Of a DNA stretch of 64,000 bases, positions 1 through 9,120 are shown in pieces (position 1 is the first letter of the stretch; each line of letters opens with the position of its first letter). This stretch comes from Candidatus Altimarinota bacterium (GTDB taxonomy: Bacteria > Patescibacteriota > Gracilibacteria > UBA1369), in contig OY782391.1 in assembly GCA_963677745.1 (NCBI GenBank), positions 476,482 to 540,481 on the forward strand. Direction: 5' to 3'. The notes under the pieces are model-generated. The model had not been told where the DNA came from, made no database searches, and was given only the letters and a program-made list of their open reading frames with translations. Both the position numbers and the translations under genes were made by a program.

Positions 1-17
1 AATTAAATTACCCAACT

Positions 18-386
18 ATGATACAGTTAAGATCAATGGTCAATGTGGCCGACAACTCCGGCGCCAAACTGGCCCAATGCATAAAAGTCCTGGGCGGACA
101 TCACAGAAAATATGCCGGTATCGGTGACATAGTAGTAGTAAGCATCAAGAGCGCCGCGCCAAAAGGTGCCGTCAAGACACATGCCGTGGAAAAAGGCGTA
201 GTAATCCGCTGCCGCAAAGAAACCCGTCGCAAAGACGGCAGCTACATCCGTTTCGACGAAAACGCCATTGTGATCATCAACAAAGACAACGAGCCGAAGG
301 GAACCCGTGTTTTTGGTCCGGTCGCCAGAGAATTGCGTGAGAAAGGTTTCCAGAAAATTATCTCCCTGGCACCCGAAGTATTATAA
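18..386 (+). CDS. rplN: 50S ribosomal protein L14 (uL14)
   Basis: 122 aa. N-terminus [22 protein letters not shown] is typical of uL14. It is the first gene of the conserved L14-L24-L5 order. Confidence 0.95.
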   Translation: MIQLRSMVNVADNSGAKLAQCIKVLGGHHRKYAGIGDIVVVSIKSAAPKGAVKTHAVEKGVVIRCRKETRRKDGSYIRFDENAIVIINKDNEPKGTRVFGPVARELREKGFQKIISLAPEVL

Positions 387-416
387 CTCATTTCAGACGT
401 CCTAAATTTTACAATT

Positions 417-770
417 ATGAAATTAAAGGTTAACGATCAGGTAATGGTGATTGCCGGCAAAGACAAAGGAAAGAGCGGCAAAATCATCAAAATCAGCCAC
501 AAGAACAACAAGGTTACAGTGGAAAAACTGAACCTGCGCAAAAAACACATCAAGAAACGCCAGAATCAGCCGGGAGAAAAAATCACTTATGAAGCACCAC
601 TCTCCGCCTCCAACGTGATGGTTATTGATCCCAAAACCGGCAAACCGACCAGAATCAAATATAAGAAACTGGCCAGCGGAAAAAAGGAAAGACTGTCCGC
701 CAAAGGTGAAGTTTCCCTGGATAATCTCTCCGGAACCGTTGCCGCCAAGACCACCCGCAAAAAATCCTAA
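417..770 (+). CDS. rplX: 50S ribosomal protein L24 (uL24)
   Basis: 117 aa. KOW-like N-terminus KVNDQVMVIAGKDKGKSGKI. Sits between L14 and L5. Confidence 0.9.
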   Translation: MKLKVNDQVMVIAGKDKGKSGKIIKISHKNNKVTVEKLNLRKKHIKKRQNQPGEKITYEAPLSASNVMVIDPKTGKPTRIKYKKLASGKKERLSAKGEVSLDNLSGTVAAKTTRKKS

Positions 771-807
771 TACCCGCCCACCAAGTTAACAGACTAATTT
801 GACCCAA

Positions 808-1377
808 ATGACCAAAGCACTCAGCCTTAAAGAAAAATTCGTTACGGAAATCGCTCCCGAATTGAAGAAAAAAATGAACGTAAAGAACATCAACGCGGTT
901 CCCAAGCTTTCCAAAATCGTAATCAATGTCGGTATCGGCAAGTTGATGGCCGGAGGCAAGGACTACTCCGACGTGGAAAAAAACATTACTCTGATCGCCG
1001 GACAAAAACCGGTAGTCGCCAAAGCCCGCAAAGCCATTTCCAATTTCAAACTGAAACAGGGCATGCCGGTGGGAGTACACGTGACTCTGCGCGGCAGCAA
1101 AATGTATGATTTCGTCTCCAAATTTGTAAACATAGTATTACCCCGGACCCGTGACTTCCGCGGAATCTCTCCCAAGAGTTTCGACGGGCAGGGCAACTAC
1201 TCCTACGCCATCAAGGAACACACCGTTTTCCCGGAAATCAACCCCGATGACATTATCAAACATCACGGTCTGCAACTGACTTTCGTGACCACAGCCAAAA
1301 ACAACGAGAACGCCTACCTGTTGTTGAAAGCACTCGGATTCCCCTTCCAGGAAAAAAAGGCAAAAACCATCAAATAA
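808..1377 (+). CDS. rplE: 50S ribosomal protein L5 (uL5)
   Basis: uL5-like sequence (VPKLSKIVINVGIG, PRTRDFRGIS) in the conserved position. The ORF track starts at a TTG at 799; I prefer the ATG at 808. Confidence 0.92.
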   Translation: MTKALSLKEKFVTEIAPELKKKMNVKNINAVPKLSKIVINVGIGKLMAGGKDYSDVEKNITLIAGQKPVVAKARKAISNFKLKQGMPVGVHVTLRGSKMYDFVSKFVNIVLPRTRDFRGISPKSFDGQGNYSYAIKEHTVFPEINPDDIIKHHGLQLTFVTTAKNNENAYLLLKALGFPFQEKKAKTIK

Positions 1378-1404
1378 TTATTCTAATTCAATAATCGCTG
1401 CACA

Positions 1405-1629
1405 ATGGCCAGACTCTCTCTAAAGGTAAACACCGAAAAACTCAAAAAGGCATTACTCTCGGCAATCGCCCGGGGTAAAAAACCCCTGTTCCCCACACGC
1501 GTCTACAACCGCTGCAAAATTTGCGGTCGTAAAGGCGGCTATCTGAGAAAATTTGAAATGTGCAGAATCTGCTTCAGAGAAAATGCCAGATCCGGTAAGA
1601 TCATGGGCGTTCGTAAATCATCCTGGTAA
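1405..1629 (+). CDS. rpsN: 30S ribosomal protein S14, zinc-ribbon (type Z-like) form
   Basis: 74 aa. C-terminal [23 protein letters not shown] gives a CxxC-x12-CxxC motif. Sits between L5 and S8. Confidence 0.88.
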   Translation: MARLSLKVNTEKLKKALLSAIARGKKPLFPTRVYNRCKICGRKGGYLRKFEMCRICFRENARSGKIMGVRKSSW

Positions 1630-1658
1630 AAATATCATCTCCCTCTAATCCTAAAACT

Positions 1659-2048
1659 ATGTACACAGATCCCATCGCAGACTTGCTCACCCGCATCAAA
1701 AATGCTTCCAGAGCCAGAAAAGAACAGGTCTCCGCACCATATTCCAAAATCAAGGAACAAATCCTGATGAACCTGAAGAAAAAACACTTTATCGAAGACT
1801 TTCAGGTTGAAACTGGCAAGCGGGCCCATTGGAAGTCCCTGGTCATCACTCTCAGCCCAGCCCATATGGACATTGAAACCAAGAGAATCAGTAAACCGGG
1901 CCAGAGAATCTACCAGACAGCTGCCGAGATTAAAAAAGTCAACGGCGGACTGGGCACCTCCATCATCTCCACGCCCAAAGGAATCATTACCGATGACGAA
2001 GCCAGAAAGATGAAAGTGGGAGGAGAAGTCATCTGCCAAGTATACTAA
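1659..2048 (+). CDS. rpsH: 30S ribosomal protein S8 (uS8)
   Basis: 129 aa. MYTDPIADLLTRIKNA is the classic uS8 N-terminus. Confidence 0.94.
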   Translation: MYTDPIADLLTRIKNASRARKEQVSAPYSKIKEQILMNLKKKHFIEDFQVETGKRAHWKSLVITLSPAHMDIETKRISKPGQRIYQTAAEIKKVNGGLGTSIISTPKGIITDDEARKMKVGGEVICQVY

Positions 2049-2077
2049 TCAATTAAACTGCTAAGCACCCAACAACC

Positions 2078-2629
2078 ATGTCAAGAATTGGAAAAAATCC
2101 GATAGCGGTTCCCGCCGGAGTCACAGTGACCATCAACGGGAATACCATATCAGTCAAAGGCCCGAAAGGAGAATTGACCCAGAATTTTCATCCCAACATG
2201 AAAGTTACTCTGGCCGACAATCAAATTACCGTTGCCCGTCCCAATGAGATGAAACTGAACCGCTCACTGCACGGACTGACACGCACCCTGCTCGCCAATA
2301 TGGTGGAAGGGGTAACCAAAGGTTACGAAAAACAGCTGGAAATCCTCGGCGTCGGTTACAGAGCCAGCGTCAGCGGAGCCAAACTTAACCTCAGCCTGGG
2401 TCTGTCTCATCCGATCGACTTTGAAATCCCCAAAGGCATTACCATCGAACAGGACAAAGAGAAAAAGAACATTCTGATCATCAAGGGATTTGACAAACAA
2501 TTGCTGGGCGAAGTTGCAGCCAAAATCAGATCTTTCAAGAAACCAGAACCATACAAAGGTAAAGGTATCCGCTATGTCGGTGAATATGTGGCTCAGAAAG
2601 CCGGTAAAGCTGCTGGTAAAGATAAATAA
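2078..2629 (+). CDS. rplF: 50S ribosomal protein L6 (uL6)
   Basis: 183 aa. MSRIGKNPIAVPAGVTV..GPKGEL is typical of uL6. Confidence 0.93.
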   Translation: MSRIGKNPIAVPAGVTVTINGNTISVKGPKGELTQNFHPNMKVTLADNQITVARPNEMKLNRSLHGLTRTLLANMVEGVTKGYEKQLEILGVGYRASVSGAKLNLSLGLSHPIDFEIPKGITIEQDKEKKNILIIKGFDKQLLGEVAAKIRSFKKPEPYKGKGIRYVGEYVAQKAGKAAGKDK

Positions 2630-2660
2630 GCCAATATCCGCACTAAAATAATCTAATTCC

Positions 2661-2999
2661 ATGAAAAACACTAAACTCATCCAGAGAGAAAGACGAAAAA
2701 TCAGGGTAAAGGGAAATATCAAGTCCGATAAACCCCGACTGATCGCCTTCAAAAGTCTGAACTTCAACTATCTGCAACTGTTTGATGATAAAAAGGGAGT
2801 AACCTTGGCCGGTGTATCGGACATCAAAGCTAAAAAAGGCCCCAAAGTCGACAGCGCCAGACAGGTCGGCCTGGAAATAGCCAAAAAAGCCAAAGAACTC
2901 AAAATTGACGAAGTAGTATTCGACAGAAACGGCTACAAATATCATGGACGCATCAAGGCCATGGCCGACGGGGCCCGGGAAGGCGGCCTCAAGTTTTAA
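2661..2999 (+). CDS. rplR: 50S ribosomal protein L18 (uL18)
   Basis: 112 aa. RRKIRVKG N-terminus and FDRNGYKYHGRIKA..DGAREGGLKF C-terminus are typical of uL18. Confidence 0.9.
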   Translation: MKNTKLIQRERRKIRVKGNIKSDKPRLIAFKSLNFNYLQLFDDKKGVTLAGVSDIKAKKGPKVDSARQVGLEIAKKAKELKIDEVVFDRNGYKYHGRIKAMADGAREGGLKF

Positions 3000-3025
3000 T
3001 TTTAAAATAATTAATTTTCACAGTA

Positions 3026-3718
3026 ATGATGAAAAAAGGCAGAGCACCAATCAGGGAAGTCAAAGAATTTGAAGAGGAAGTTATACAGATCGACCGTGTT
3101 ACCCGCGTGGTAAAAGGTGGCCGCAGACTTCGTTTCAGAGCAACTTTGGTTATCGGAAACAAAAAAGGCAAAGTAGGAGTGGGAATCGGAAAATCCACTG
3201 AAGTTACCGGTGCCATTTCCAAAGCCATTGCCCAGGCCAAAAAAAATATGATCACCGTACCGATGGCCGGTCAAACCATCCCGCACCGCGTACAGGTTAA
3301 GTTCAAAAGCGCCAAAGTTCTGTTGATGCCTGCCATTCCCGGTACCGGTATCAAAGCCGGCGGCAGCGTACGCAAAGTAATTGAACTGGCCGGTATCAAA
3401 GATATTATGGGAAAATGTTTCGGAGCTCCCAACCGTCTGAACAACAGTCAGGCTGCCATCGAAGCCCTCAAAAAGCTGCGGGCAATCCCCTGGCTTAAGA
3501 CCAAAGCTCCTGCCGCCGGCACAGAAGAACCAGCCGCAGCTGCAGCAGTTAAAAGACAGGATGACCGGAGAAACCAGGGAGGACCAAGAGGTCCCCGCCG
3601 TCCCCCTTTTAGAAAACCGGCTGGAGCCCCCTCGGGAAAATCCGAACATCAGCAGGCCCCGGAAGCCCCCCAGACTCCCAAAGCTCCCCCAGCTCAGGCC
3701 GGAGAAAAAACTGAATAA
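3026..3718 (+). CDS. rpsE: 30S ribosomal protein S5 (uS5) with a C-terminal tail of about 70 aa rich in Pro/Ala/Gly/Arg
   Basis: The core (IDRVTRVVKGGRRLRFRA..VGVGIGKS) is uS5. Residues from about 158 to 230 are low-complexity (PAAGTEEPAAAAAVKRQDDRRNQGGPRGPRRPP...). Confidence 0.92.
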   Translation: MMKKGRAPIREVKEFEEEVIQIDRVTRVVKGGRRLRFRATLVIGNKKGKVGVGIGKSTEVTGAISKAIAQAKKNMITVPMAGQTIPHRVQVKFKSAKVLLMPAIPGTGIKAGGSVRKVIELAGIKDIMGKCFGAPNRLNNSQAAIEALKKLRAIPWLKTKAPAAGTEEPAAAAAVKRQDDRRNQGGPRGPRRPPFRKPAGAPSGKSEHQQAPEAPQTPKAPPAQAGEKTE

Positions 3719-3746
3719 TCTAACTCACTTATAATACTATAAAGTT

Positions 3747-4226
3747 ATGGACGCACTTTTAAACCTCAAGAGAAACAAAGGAGCCACCACTACCAGTAAA
3801 AGACTGGGCCGTGGAAACGGTTCCGGCCTGGGTACCTATTCGGGACGCGGCGGCAAAGGTCAAACCGCCCGCACCGGTGGAAGCATCAAACCGGGTTTTG
3901 CCGGAGGTCAGACTCCGCTTTACCGCAAAATGCCTAAATACAAGGGGTTCACCAACGTCAACCGCCAGGAATTCCAGGTGGTCAACGTAGTCGACCTCAA
4001 CCTGTTTGATGACGGATCCGAGATCAACGCCCAGAGTCTTTATGAACAAAAACTGGTCAATTCGCCTTCCGCCCCCATCAAAATTCTGGGAGACGGCGAT
4101 CTGCAGAAAAAACTCACCGTCACGGTAGACAGAGTATCCGTCACCGCCAAAGAAAAAATTGAAAAGGCCAAGGGAACCGTTACGGAGTTAATGACCAAGG
4201 CCCCGGTCAAAAAAGAGACGGCCTGA
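3747..4226 (+). CDS. rplO: 50S ribosomal protein L15 (uL15)
   Basis: 159 aa. KRLGRGNGSGLGTYSGRGGKGQ.AR is typical of uL15. It starts 28 nt after the rpsE stop, so no L30 gene lies between them. Confidence 0.9.
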   Translation: MDALLNLKRNKGATTTSKRLGRGNGSGLGTYSGRGGKGQTARTGGSIKPGFAGGQTPLYRKMPKYKGFTNVNRQEFQVVNVVDLNLFDDGSEINAQSLYEQKLVNSPSAPIKILGDGDLQKKLTVTVDRVSVTAKEKIEKAKGTVTELMTKAPVKKETA

Positions 4227-4278
4227 CCGCAGGCAATTTTATCAACTATATTAACCGCCAAATTTATCACTTCCCAAA

Positions 4279-5577
4279 ATGTTCAAACAAATACAACAAA
4301 TTTGGAACTCCCGAGACCTTAGAAACAAAATACTTTATACACTGGGAATCGTAATAATTGTCCGTCTCCTGGCACAGATCTCCATTCCCGGAGCCGATGT
4401 TAACGTAATCAGAGGAATTTTCCAGCAAAACCAGCTGCTGGGAGCTTTTAGTCTGCTGACCGGAGGTAATGCGGAAAATTTCTCCATTATTTTGATGGGA
4501 TTATCTCCTTATATTAATGCTTCCATTATCGTCCAGTTATTGGCGGTAATTATTCCCAGCTGGGAGAATCTTTCCAAAGAAGGTGAACAGGGACGCCGGA
4601 AACTGAACCAATATACCCGCTGGCTTTCCATCCCGATTGCCTTCATCCAATCATACGGAATGATCGCCGTTCTCAATTCCCAGGCAAAATCTTCCATTAT
4701 CCCCAATATTTACTCTCCCAACGTGATCATCCCGATCATGATTACCCTGACCACCGGTACGGTCTTGATGATGTGGCTGGGCGAACTGATTACTGAAAAA
4801 GGCATCAGCAACGGCATTTCCATCCTGATCTTTGCCGGTATCATGTCCAGCATTCCCGCCGCCATCGCCCAAAACCTGACCCTGGCACAGCAGAGCAGCG
4901 AGTTCCTGTTTCCTTTTGTAATTGAATTACTGGTAACACTGATCCTGACAATTATAGTTATAATTATCGGCGAAGCGGAAAGAAGAGTCCCCATACTCTA
5001 TGCCTCCCGCAGCGTCCGGGGCGGTGGTGAAAAATCCAATCTGCCCATGAAGATCAACCAGGCCGGCATGATTCCGATCATCTTCTCGCTCTCCATGGTC
5101 AGTATGCCAGGGATTATCGCCCAGTTCATGAAAAACTCTCCCAACGAGACACTGAAAGCGATAGCCGACGTAATTTCCACCAACTTCAGCGCCAATTCAG
5201 CCGTTTATTTGATTACTTACTTTCTGTTAATCATAGCTTTTACCTATTTTTACGTCAGCATTACTTTCAATCCCGAACAGGTTGCGGAAAACGTACAGAA
5301 ACGCGGGGGCTATATCCCCGGTATCCGTCCCGGTAAACAAACCGTCAAATACCTGGCCGACATTTCCTCCCGCCTCAATTTCTGGGGAGGCTTGTTCATC
5401 GCTATAATTGCCATTTCACCGAATATCATCAAAGCTCTCACCGGCGCCTTCTCCATGGGTAGCGTAGCTACCATCATCAGTGGTGCAGGAATGATCATCA
5501 TCGTCGGGGTAGTTCTGGAAATAATCCGCCAGATCAACGCTCAACTGGTCATGCACGATTACAACAAGCTCTATTAA
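4279..5577 (+). CDS. secY: Preprotein translocase subunit SecY
   Basis: 432 aa polytopic membrane protein in the canonical position after L15. Contains SecY-like motifs (LGLSPYINASIIVQLL, RRKLNQYTR). Confidence 0.95.
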   Translation: MFKQIQQIWNSRDLRNKILYTLGIVIIVRLLAQISIPGADVNVIRGIFQQNQLLGAFSLLTGGNAENFSIILMGLSPYINASIIVQLLAVIIPSWENLSKEGEQGRRKLNQYTRWLSIPIAFIQSYGMIAVLNSQAKSSIIPNIYSPNVIIPIMITLTTGTVLMMWLGELITEKGISNGISILIFAGIMSSIPAAIAQNLTLAQQSSEFLFPFVIELLVTLILTIIVIIIGEAERRVPILYASRSVRGGGEKSNLPMKINQAGMIPIIFSLSMVSMPGIIAQFMKNSPNETLKAIADVISTNFSANSAVYLITYFLLIIAFTYFYVSITFNPEQVAENVQKRGGYIPGIRPGKQTVKYLADISSRLNFWGGLFIAIIAISPNIIKALTGAFSMGSVATIISGAGMIIIVGVVLEIIRQINAQLVMHDYNKLY

Positions 5578-5599
5578 ACAAATATAAAAACTTCAGCCA

Positions 5600-6163
5600 A
5601 TGAACTTAGTTATTTTTGGCATTCAAGGGTCCGGAAAAGGCACCCAGGCTAAAATCATGACCGATCGCTATCACTTGGCCAACTTTGAGACAGGAGCAGA
5701 GCTCCGCCGGCTGGCCAAAGAAGACAGCCCGCTTGGCAAAAAAATCAAAAAATTCACGGAAAGCGGAAAACTGGTACCGGCGGAAGTAATAATGCAGATA
5801 CTGGACAATTTTCTGAGCCATGCTCCTCACCGCCAACGCATAATTTTCGACGGCATACCTCGCAACCAGAAACAGCAAAAGGCTTTCGACCGGATTATGA
5901 GAAAATGGAAAAGAAAATTTCTGGCCATCAACATTACCATCCCCGAAGAGGAAACGGTAAAAAGATTATTGCTGCGGGCCAGGCATGACGATACGCCGGA
6001 GGTGATACGCACCCGCATCAAAATATTTCAGAAAAACACTTCTCCCGTCATCGAAAAATACAGAAAAAACAGAGAAGTCATCGATATCAACGGTAATCAG
6101 TCCATCAAAAAAGTGGCGGCGGAAATTGCCAAAAAACTCGACAAAGATTTTTTACCCCGTTAA
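5600..6163 (+). CDS. adk: Adenylate kinase (short form)
   Basis: 187 aa. P-loop GIQGSGKGTQA. Sits in the conserved secY-adk-map position. Confidence 0.85.
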   Translation: MNLVIFGIQGSGKGTQAKIMTDRYHLANFETGAELRRLAKEDSPLGKKIKKFTESGKLVPAEVIMQILDNFLSHAPHRQRIIFDGIPRNQKQQKAFDRIMRKWKRKFLAINITIPEEETVKRLLLRARHDDTPEVIRTRIKIFQKNTSPVIEKYRKNREVIDINGNQSIKKVAAEIAKKLDKDFLPR

Positions 6164-6228
6164 ACATTAAAATCTGGAAAGAGGGAAACTATAAAATTCC
6201 CCTTAAAAATTCGGAAGAACTGGCTCTG

Positions 6229-6945
6229 ATGAAAAAATCAGGACAAATTTTGGGGTTGGTTCTGTCGCAAATCGAAACATATATACGGCCCGGACTGACT
6301 ACTTTGGAAATCGATCAATTGGCCGAAAAAATTATCAGACAGGAAGGAGGTGTTCCGGCTTTTTTGGGATACCAGGGATTTCCCGCTTCCACCTGCATCA
6401 GTATTAACGAAGAAGTTGTACATGGCATTCCAGGCAGCAGAAAGATCCAAGCAGGCGATCTGGTCACCGTAGACTGCGGTGTGAATTATCATGGAATGAT
6501 CACCGACTCCGCCATTACGGCGGGAACAGGCACCGTTACCGCGGAAGCCGAAAAACTCTGCCGGACCGCCGAAAAAGCCCTGCAAAGAGCAATTGAAATC
6601 GCCAGACCCGGCATCAGAACCACCGAGATTAGCAAAACCATCGAAAAAATCGTCCGCAAAGAAGGTTTTGGTATCGTGGAAGATCTGTCCGGACATGGAG
6701 TCGGTTTCAAACTGCATGAAGATCCCTATATTTTCAATTTCTACAACGGACAGCCCGGCCCGATTATGCAACCGGGCATGACACTGGCCATCGAACCGAT
6801 CATCACACTTGGAGCAAGCAACACCAAAACTCTCCAGGACGGCTGGACAATTGTCACTAAAGATGGTTCATTGTCAGTGCAGGTAGAACACACCATTGCG
6901 ATAACCGAAAAAGGTGCTGAAATACTAACTAAACGCCCCAAATAA
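6229..6945 (+). CDS. map: Type I methionine aminopeptidase
   Basis: Contains MetAP motifs (EVVHGIP, GDLVTVD, GHGVG, EPYI-like, VQVEHT). The conserved N-terminal region appears to continue upstream of this ATG (see findings). Confidence 0.9.
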   Translation: MKKSGQILGLVLSQIETYIRPGLTTLEIDQLAEKIIRQEGGVPAFLGYQGFPASTCISINEEVVHGIPGSRKIQAGDLVTVDCGVNYHGMITDSAITAGTGTVTAEAEKLCRTAEKALQRAIEIARPGIRTTEISKTIEKIVRKEGFGIVEDLSGHGVGFKLHEDPYIFNFYNGQPGPIMQPGMTLAIEPIITLGASNTKTLQDGWTIVTKDGSLSVQVEHTIAITEKGAEILTKRPK

Positions 6946-6962
6946 AAAACAAAAAAAATAAC

Positions 6963-6991
6963 TTGCAATCTAAAATTTCGTCATGTAGAAT
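6963..6991 (+). promoter_or_regulatory. Candidate sigma70-type promoter upstream of infA
   Basis: TTGCAA (6963-6968), a 17-nt spacer, then TAGAAT (6986-6991), about 60 nt upstream of the infA ATG. Motif match only. Confidence 0.35.
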
Positions 6992-7053
6992 CCTAACGCT
7001 TTTTAGGTTGGAAAATCAGGATTTTACCCTTAAAATAACAGTAAATTCGCCTT

Positions 7054-7338
7054 ATGGCAAAAGAAGAAATTGAAGCCTCTGGAATAGTGGTGGAAGCCTA
7101 TCCGAACGCCACCTTTAAAGTCAAACTCCTCGACGAAAGCTTCTCTGGACACGAGATTTTGGCCCACGTATCAGGAAGAATGCGCATCAATTTTATCAGA
7201 ATTTTGCCGGGCGACAAAGTGACGATTGTGATGACACCCTATGACCTGACTAAAGGCCGTATTACCTTCAGACACAAGGAATATGGCAAAGGGAAGCCAA
7301 TGCCGGAAGAACCGGAAGCTCCCGCAGCAGCCAAATAA
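7054..7338 (+). CDS. infA: Translation initiation factor IF-1 with a short C-terminal tail
   Basis: The S1-like core ([46 protein letters not shown]) matches IF-1. About 18 extra C-terminal residues follow. Confidence 0.92.
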   Translation: MAKEEIEASGIVVEAYPNATFKVKLLDESFSGHEILAHVSGRMRINFIRILPGDKVTIVMTPYDLTKGRITFRHKEYGKGKPMPEEPEAPAAAK

Positions 7339-7365
7339 TATTTTTCAATAATCAAACCAACAGTC

Positions 7366-7479
7366 ATGAAAGTAAGATCATCCGTCAAACCAATTTGTTC
7401 CAAATGCAAGGTAATCAAACGAAAAAACGTCGTCAGGGTTATTTGCGTTACCAAAAAGCATAAACAAAGACAGGGTTAA
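7366..7479 (+). CDS. rpmJ: 50S ribosomal protein L36 (bL36)
   Basis: Not in the ORF track because it is only 37 aa. I translated [37 protein letters not shown]. This is the classic bL36 pattern in the canonical infA-rpmJ-rpsM position. Confidence 0.9.
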   Translation: MKVRSSVKPICSKCKVIKRKNVVRVICVTKKHKQRQG

Positions 7480-7507
7480 TTTATATTCTTAATAATCCCA
7501 AGTAATT

Positions 7508-7882
7508 ATGGCCAGAATCGCTGGAGTCAATCTTCCTAAAGAAAAAAGAATCGCTATCGGCCTGACCGCCATCTATGGCATCGGCAGAGCCCTGGCGCGC
7601 AAAATACTGCAAGACCTCAAACTGGACGAAGATACCAAAGTCCAGGATCTGACGCCTGAACAGGAAAACAAACTGCGTGACCGGATCGCCGAATGTATCA
7701 CCGAGGGTGATTTACGCCGTAAAATCCAGCTGGACATCAAATACCAGCAGGACATCGGTACTTATCGCGGACTTCGCCATAAAAAGGGTTTACCGGTACG
7801 CGGCCAGCTGACCAAAACCAATTCCAGAACCAGAAAGGGCAAGAGAAAGACCGTTGCCAACAAGAAGATTGCCACCAAATAA
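7508..7882 (+). CDS. rpsM: 30S ribosomal protein S13 (uS13)
   Basis: 124 aa. [11 protein letters not shown]....LT.IYGIG is typical of uS13. Confidence 0.95.
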   Translation: MARIAGVNLPKEKRIAIGLTAIYGIGRALARKILQDLKLDEDTKVQDLTPEQENKLRDRIAECITEGDLRRKIQLDIKYQQDIGTYRGLRHKKGLPVRGQLTKTNSRTRKGKRKTVANKKIATK

Positions 7883-7912
7883 TCATTATTCATCCTAATC
7901 ATTAATTCTACC

Positions 7913-8452
7913 ATGGCCGAACAAGAAAAAAAACCAGCCGTAAAAGCCAAGAAAGCCCCTGAGAAGGAAGTTAAAAAAACTGAGGCTGCCGGCGAAAAAA
8001 CCGCCCCGGTTGCCGCCACCCCCGCCACCGCTTCCGCCGCATCAGCCGCAGCCACTCCCGCCGAAGGCGAAGTAAAGAAGATTAAGAAAAGCAAATCCAA
8101 AAGGACTGTGACGGAAGGAAAAGCCTTCGTTCAATCAAGTTTTAACAACACCATTGTCACCATCACCGACCTTAACGGAAAAGTGATAGCCTGGAGTAGC
8201 GCCGGTTCCAACGGATTCAAGGGAGCCAAAAAAGCCACTCCGTACGCGGCCCAGATTTCGGCTGAAGCAGCCATTAATAAGGCTCTTCTTTACGGAATAG
8301 AAAAGCTGCACGTTTTCGTCAAGGGAGTCGGTGCAGGAAGAGAACAAGCTGTTAGAGGCCTTCACTCCAACGGCGTGGACATCGAATCAATCACCGATGT
8401 CACTCCTGTTCCGCACAATGGTTGTCGTTCCAGAAAATCCCGCCGAGTTTAA
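7913..8452 (+). CDS. rpsK: 30S ribosomal protein S11 (uS11) with an N-terminal extension of about 50 aa rich in Ala/Lys/Glu/Pro
   Basis: The core (SSFNNTIVTITD..G.....SAG..GFKG.KK.TPYAAQ) is uS11. The SFNNT motif sits at aa 76-80, versus about 27-31 in E. coli. Confidence 0.93.
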   Translation: MAEQEKKPAVKAKKAPEKEVKKTEAAGEKTAPVAATPATASAASAAATPAEGEVKKIKKSKSKRTVTEGKAFVQSSFNNTIVTITDLNGKVIAWSSAGSNGFKGAKKATPYAAQISAEAAINKALLYGIEKLHVFVKGVGAGREQAVRGLHSNGVDIESITDVTPVPHNGCRSRKSRRV

Positions 8453-8476
8453 TATTTGTAATTTTTCCGAAAAATA

Positions 8477-9097
8477 ATGTCTAACACTACAGGTCCCAAA
8501 TCACGTCTTTTTCGCCGCTTCGGCATAAGACTTCCCAGCAACAACGAACTGAAACAGACTCATCCCACCTTAAAAAAGGCTTATCCACCCGGCATGCACG
8601 GGCCCAAAGGAAGCTTCTCCAAAAAATCGGAATACGCCCGCCAGTTGATGGAAAAACAGAAAGCCAAGGTGATTTTCAACATCACTGAAAAGCAGATGCA
8701 GAAATATTATGATATGGCTTCCAGCCGCGAAGGCATCACTGGTGACGAATTGCTCCGCCTGCTGGAACAGAGACTGGACAACGTGATCTTCCGGTCCGGT
8801 TTGGCCACCACCCGCTATCAGGCCAGACAGATGGTTAATCATGGTTTGATCGAGCTTAACGGTAAGGTTGCTTCCATCCCATCCATCCAGGTTAAACCGG
8901 GGGACAAATTTAATCTGGTCAGCAAAAAGAAGGATTCCCCCGTCTTCAAGCAAAATTCAGAAAGAGGAACCAAAGGCCCAAAGTGGCTGAACGTTGATTT
9001 AAAAAATATGACCGGATCAGTGGACAGAACTCCCGACAAAGGAGAACTGGAACCTCTGGTTTCGGCCAGTATGATCGTTGAGTTCTACTCAAAATAA
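8477..9097 (+). CDS. rpsD: 30S ribosomal protein S4 (uS4)
   Basis: 206 aa. Contains EKQK....Y...EKQ, an S4 RNA-binding domain (RLDNVIFRSGLA.TR.QARQ.V.HG) and the C-terminal EFYSK. Confidence 0.93.
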   Translation: MSNTTGPKSRLFRRFGIRLPSNNELKQTHPTLKKAYPPGMHGPKGSFSKKSEYARQLMEKQKAKVIFNITEKQMQKYYDMASSREGITGDELLRLLEQRLDNVIFRSGLATTRYQARQMVNHGLIELNGKVASIPSIQVKPGDKFNLVSKKKDSPVFKQNSERGTKGPKWLNVDLKNMTGSVDRTPDKGELEPLVSASMIVEFYSK

Positions 9098-9120
9098 AAT
9101 AATTCATTAATCCTCTTCTA

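Noticed and set aside
3497-3718. The possibility that the S5 tail is a fused L30.
   Set aside because: The tail is a Pro/Ala/Gly/Arg low-complexity sequence with none of the uL30 pattern (hydrophobic beta-alpha-beta core, LGL motif).
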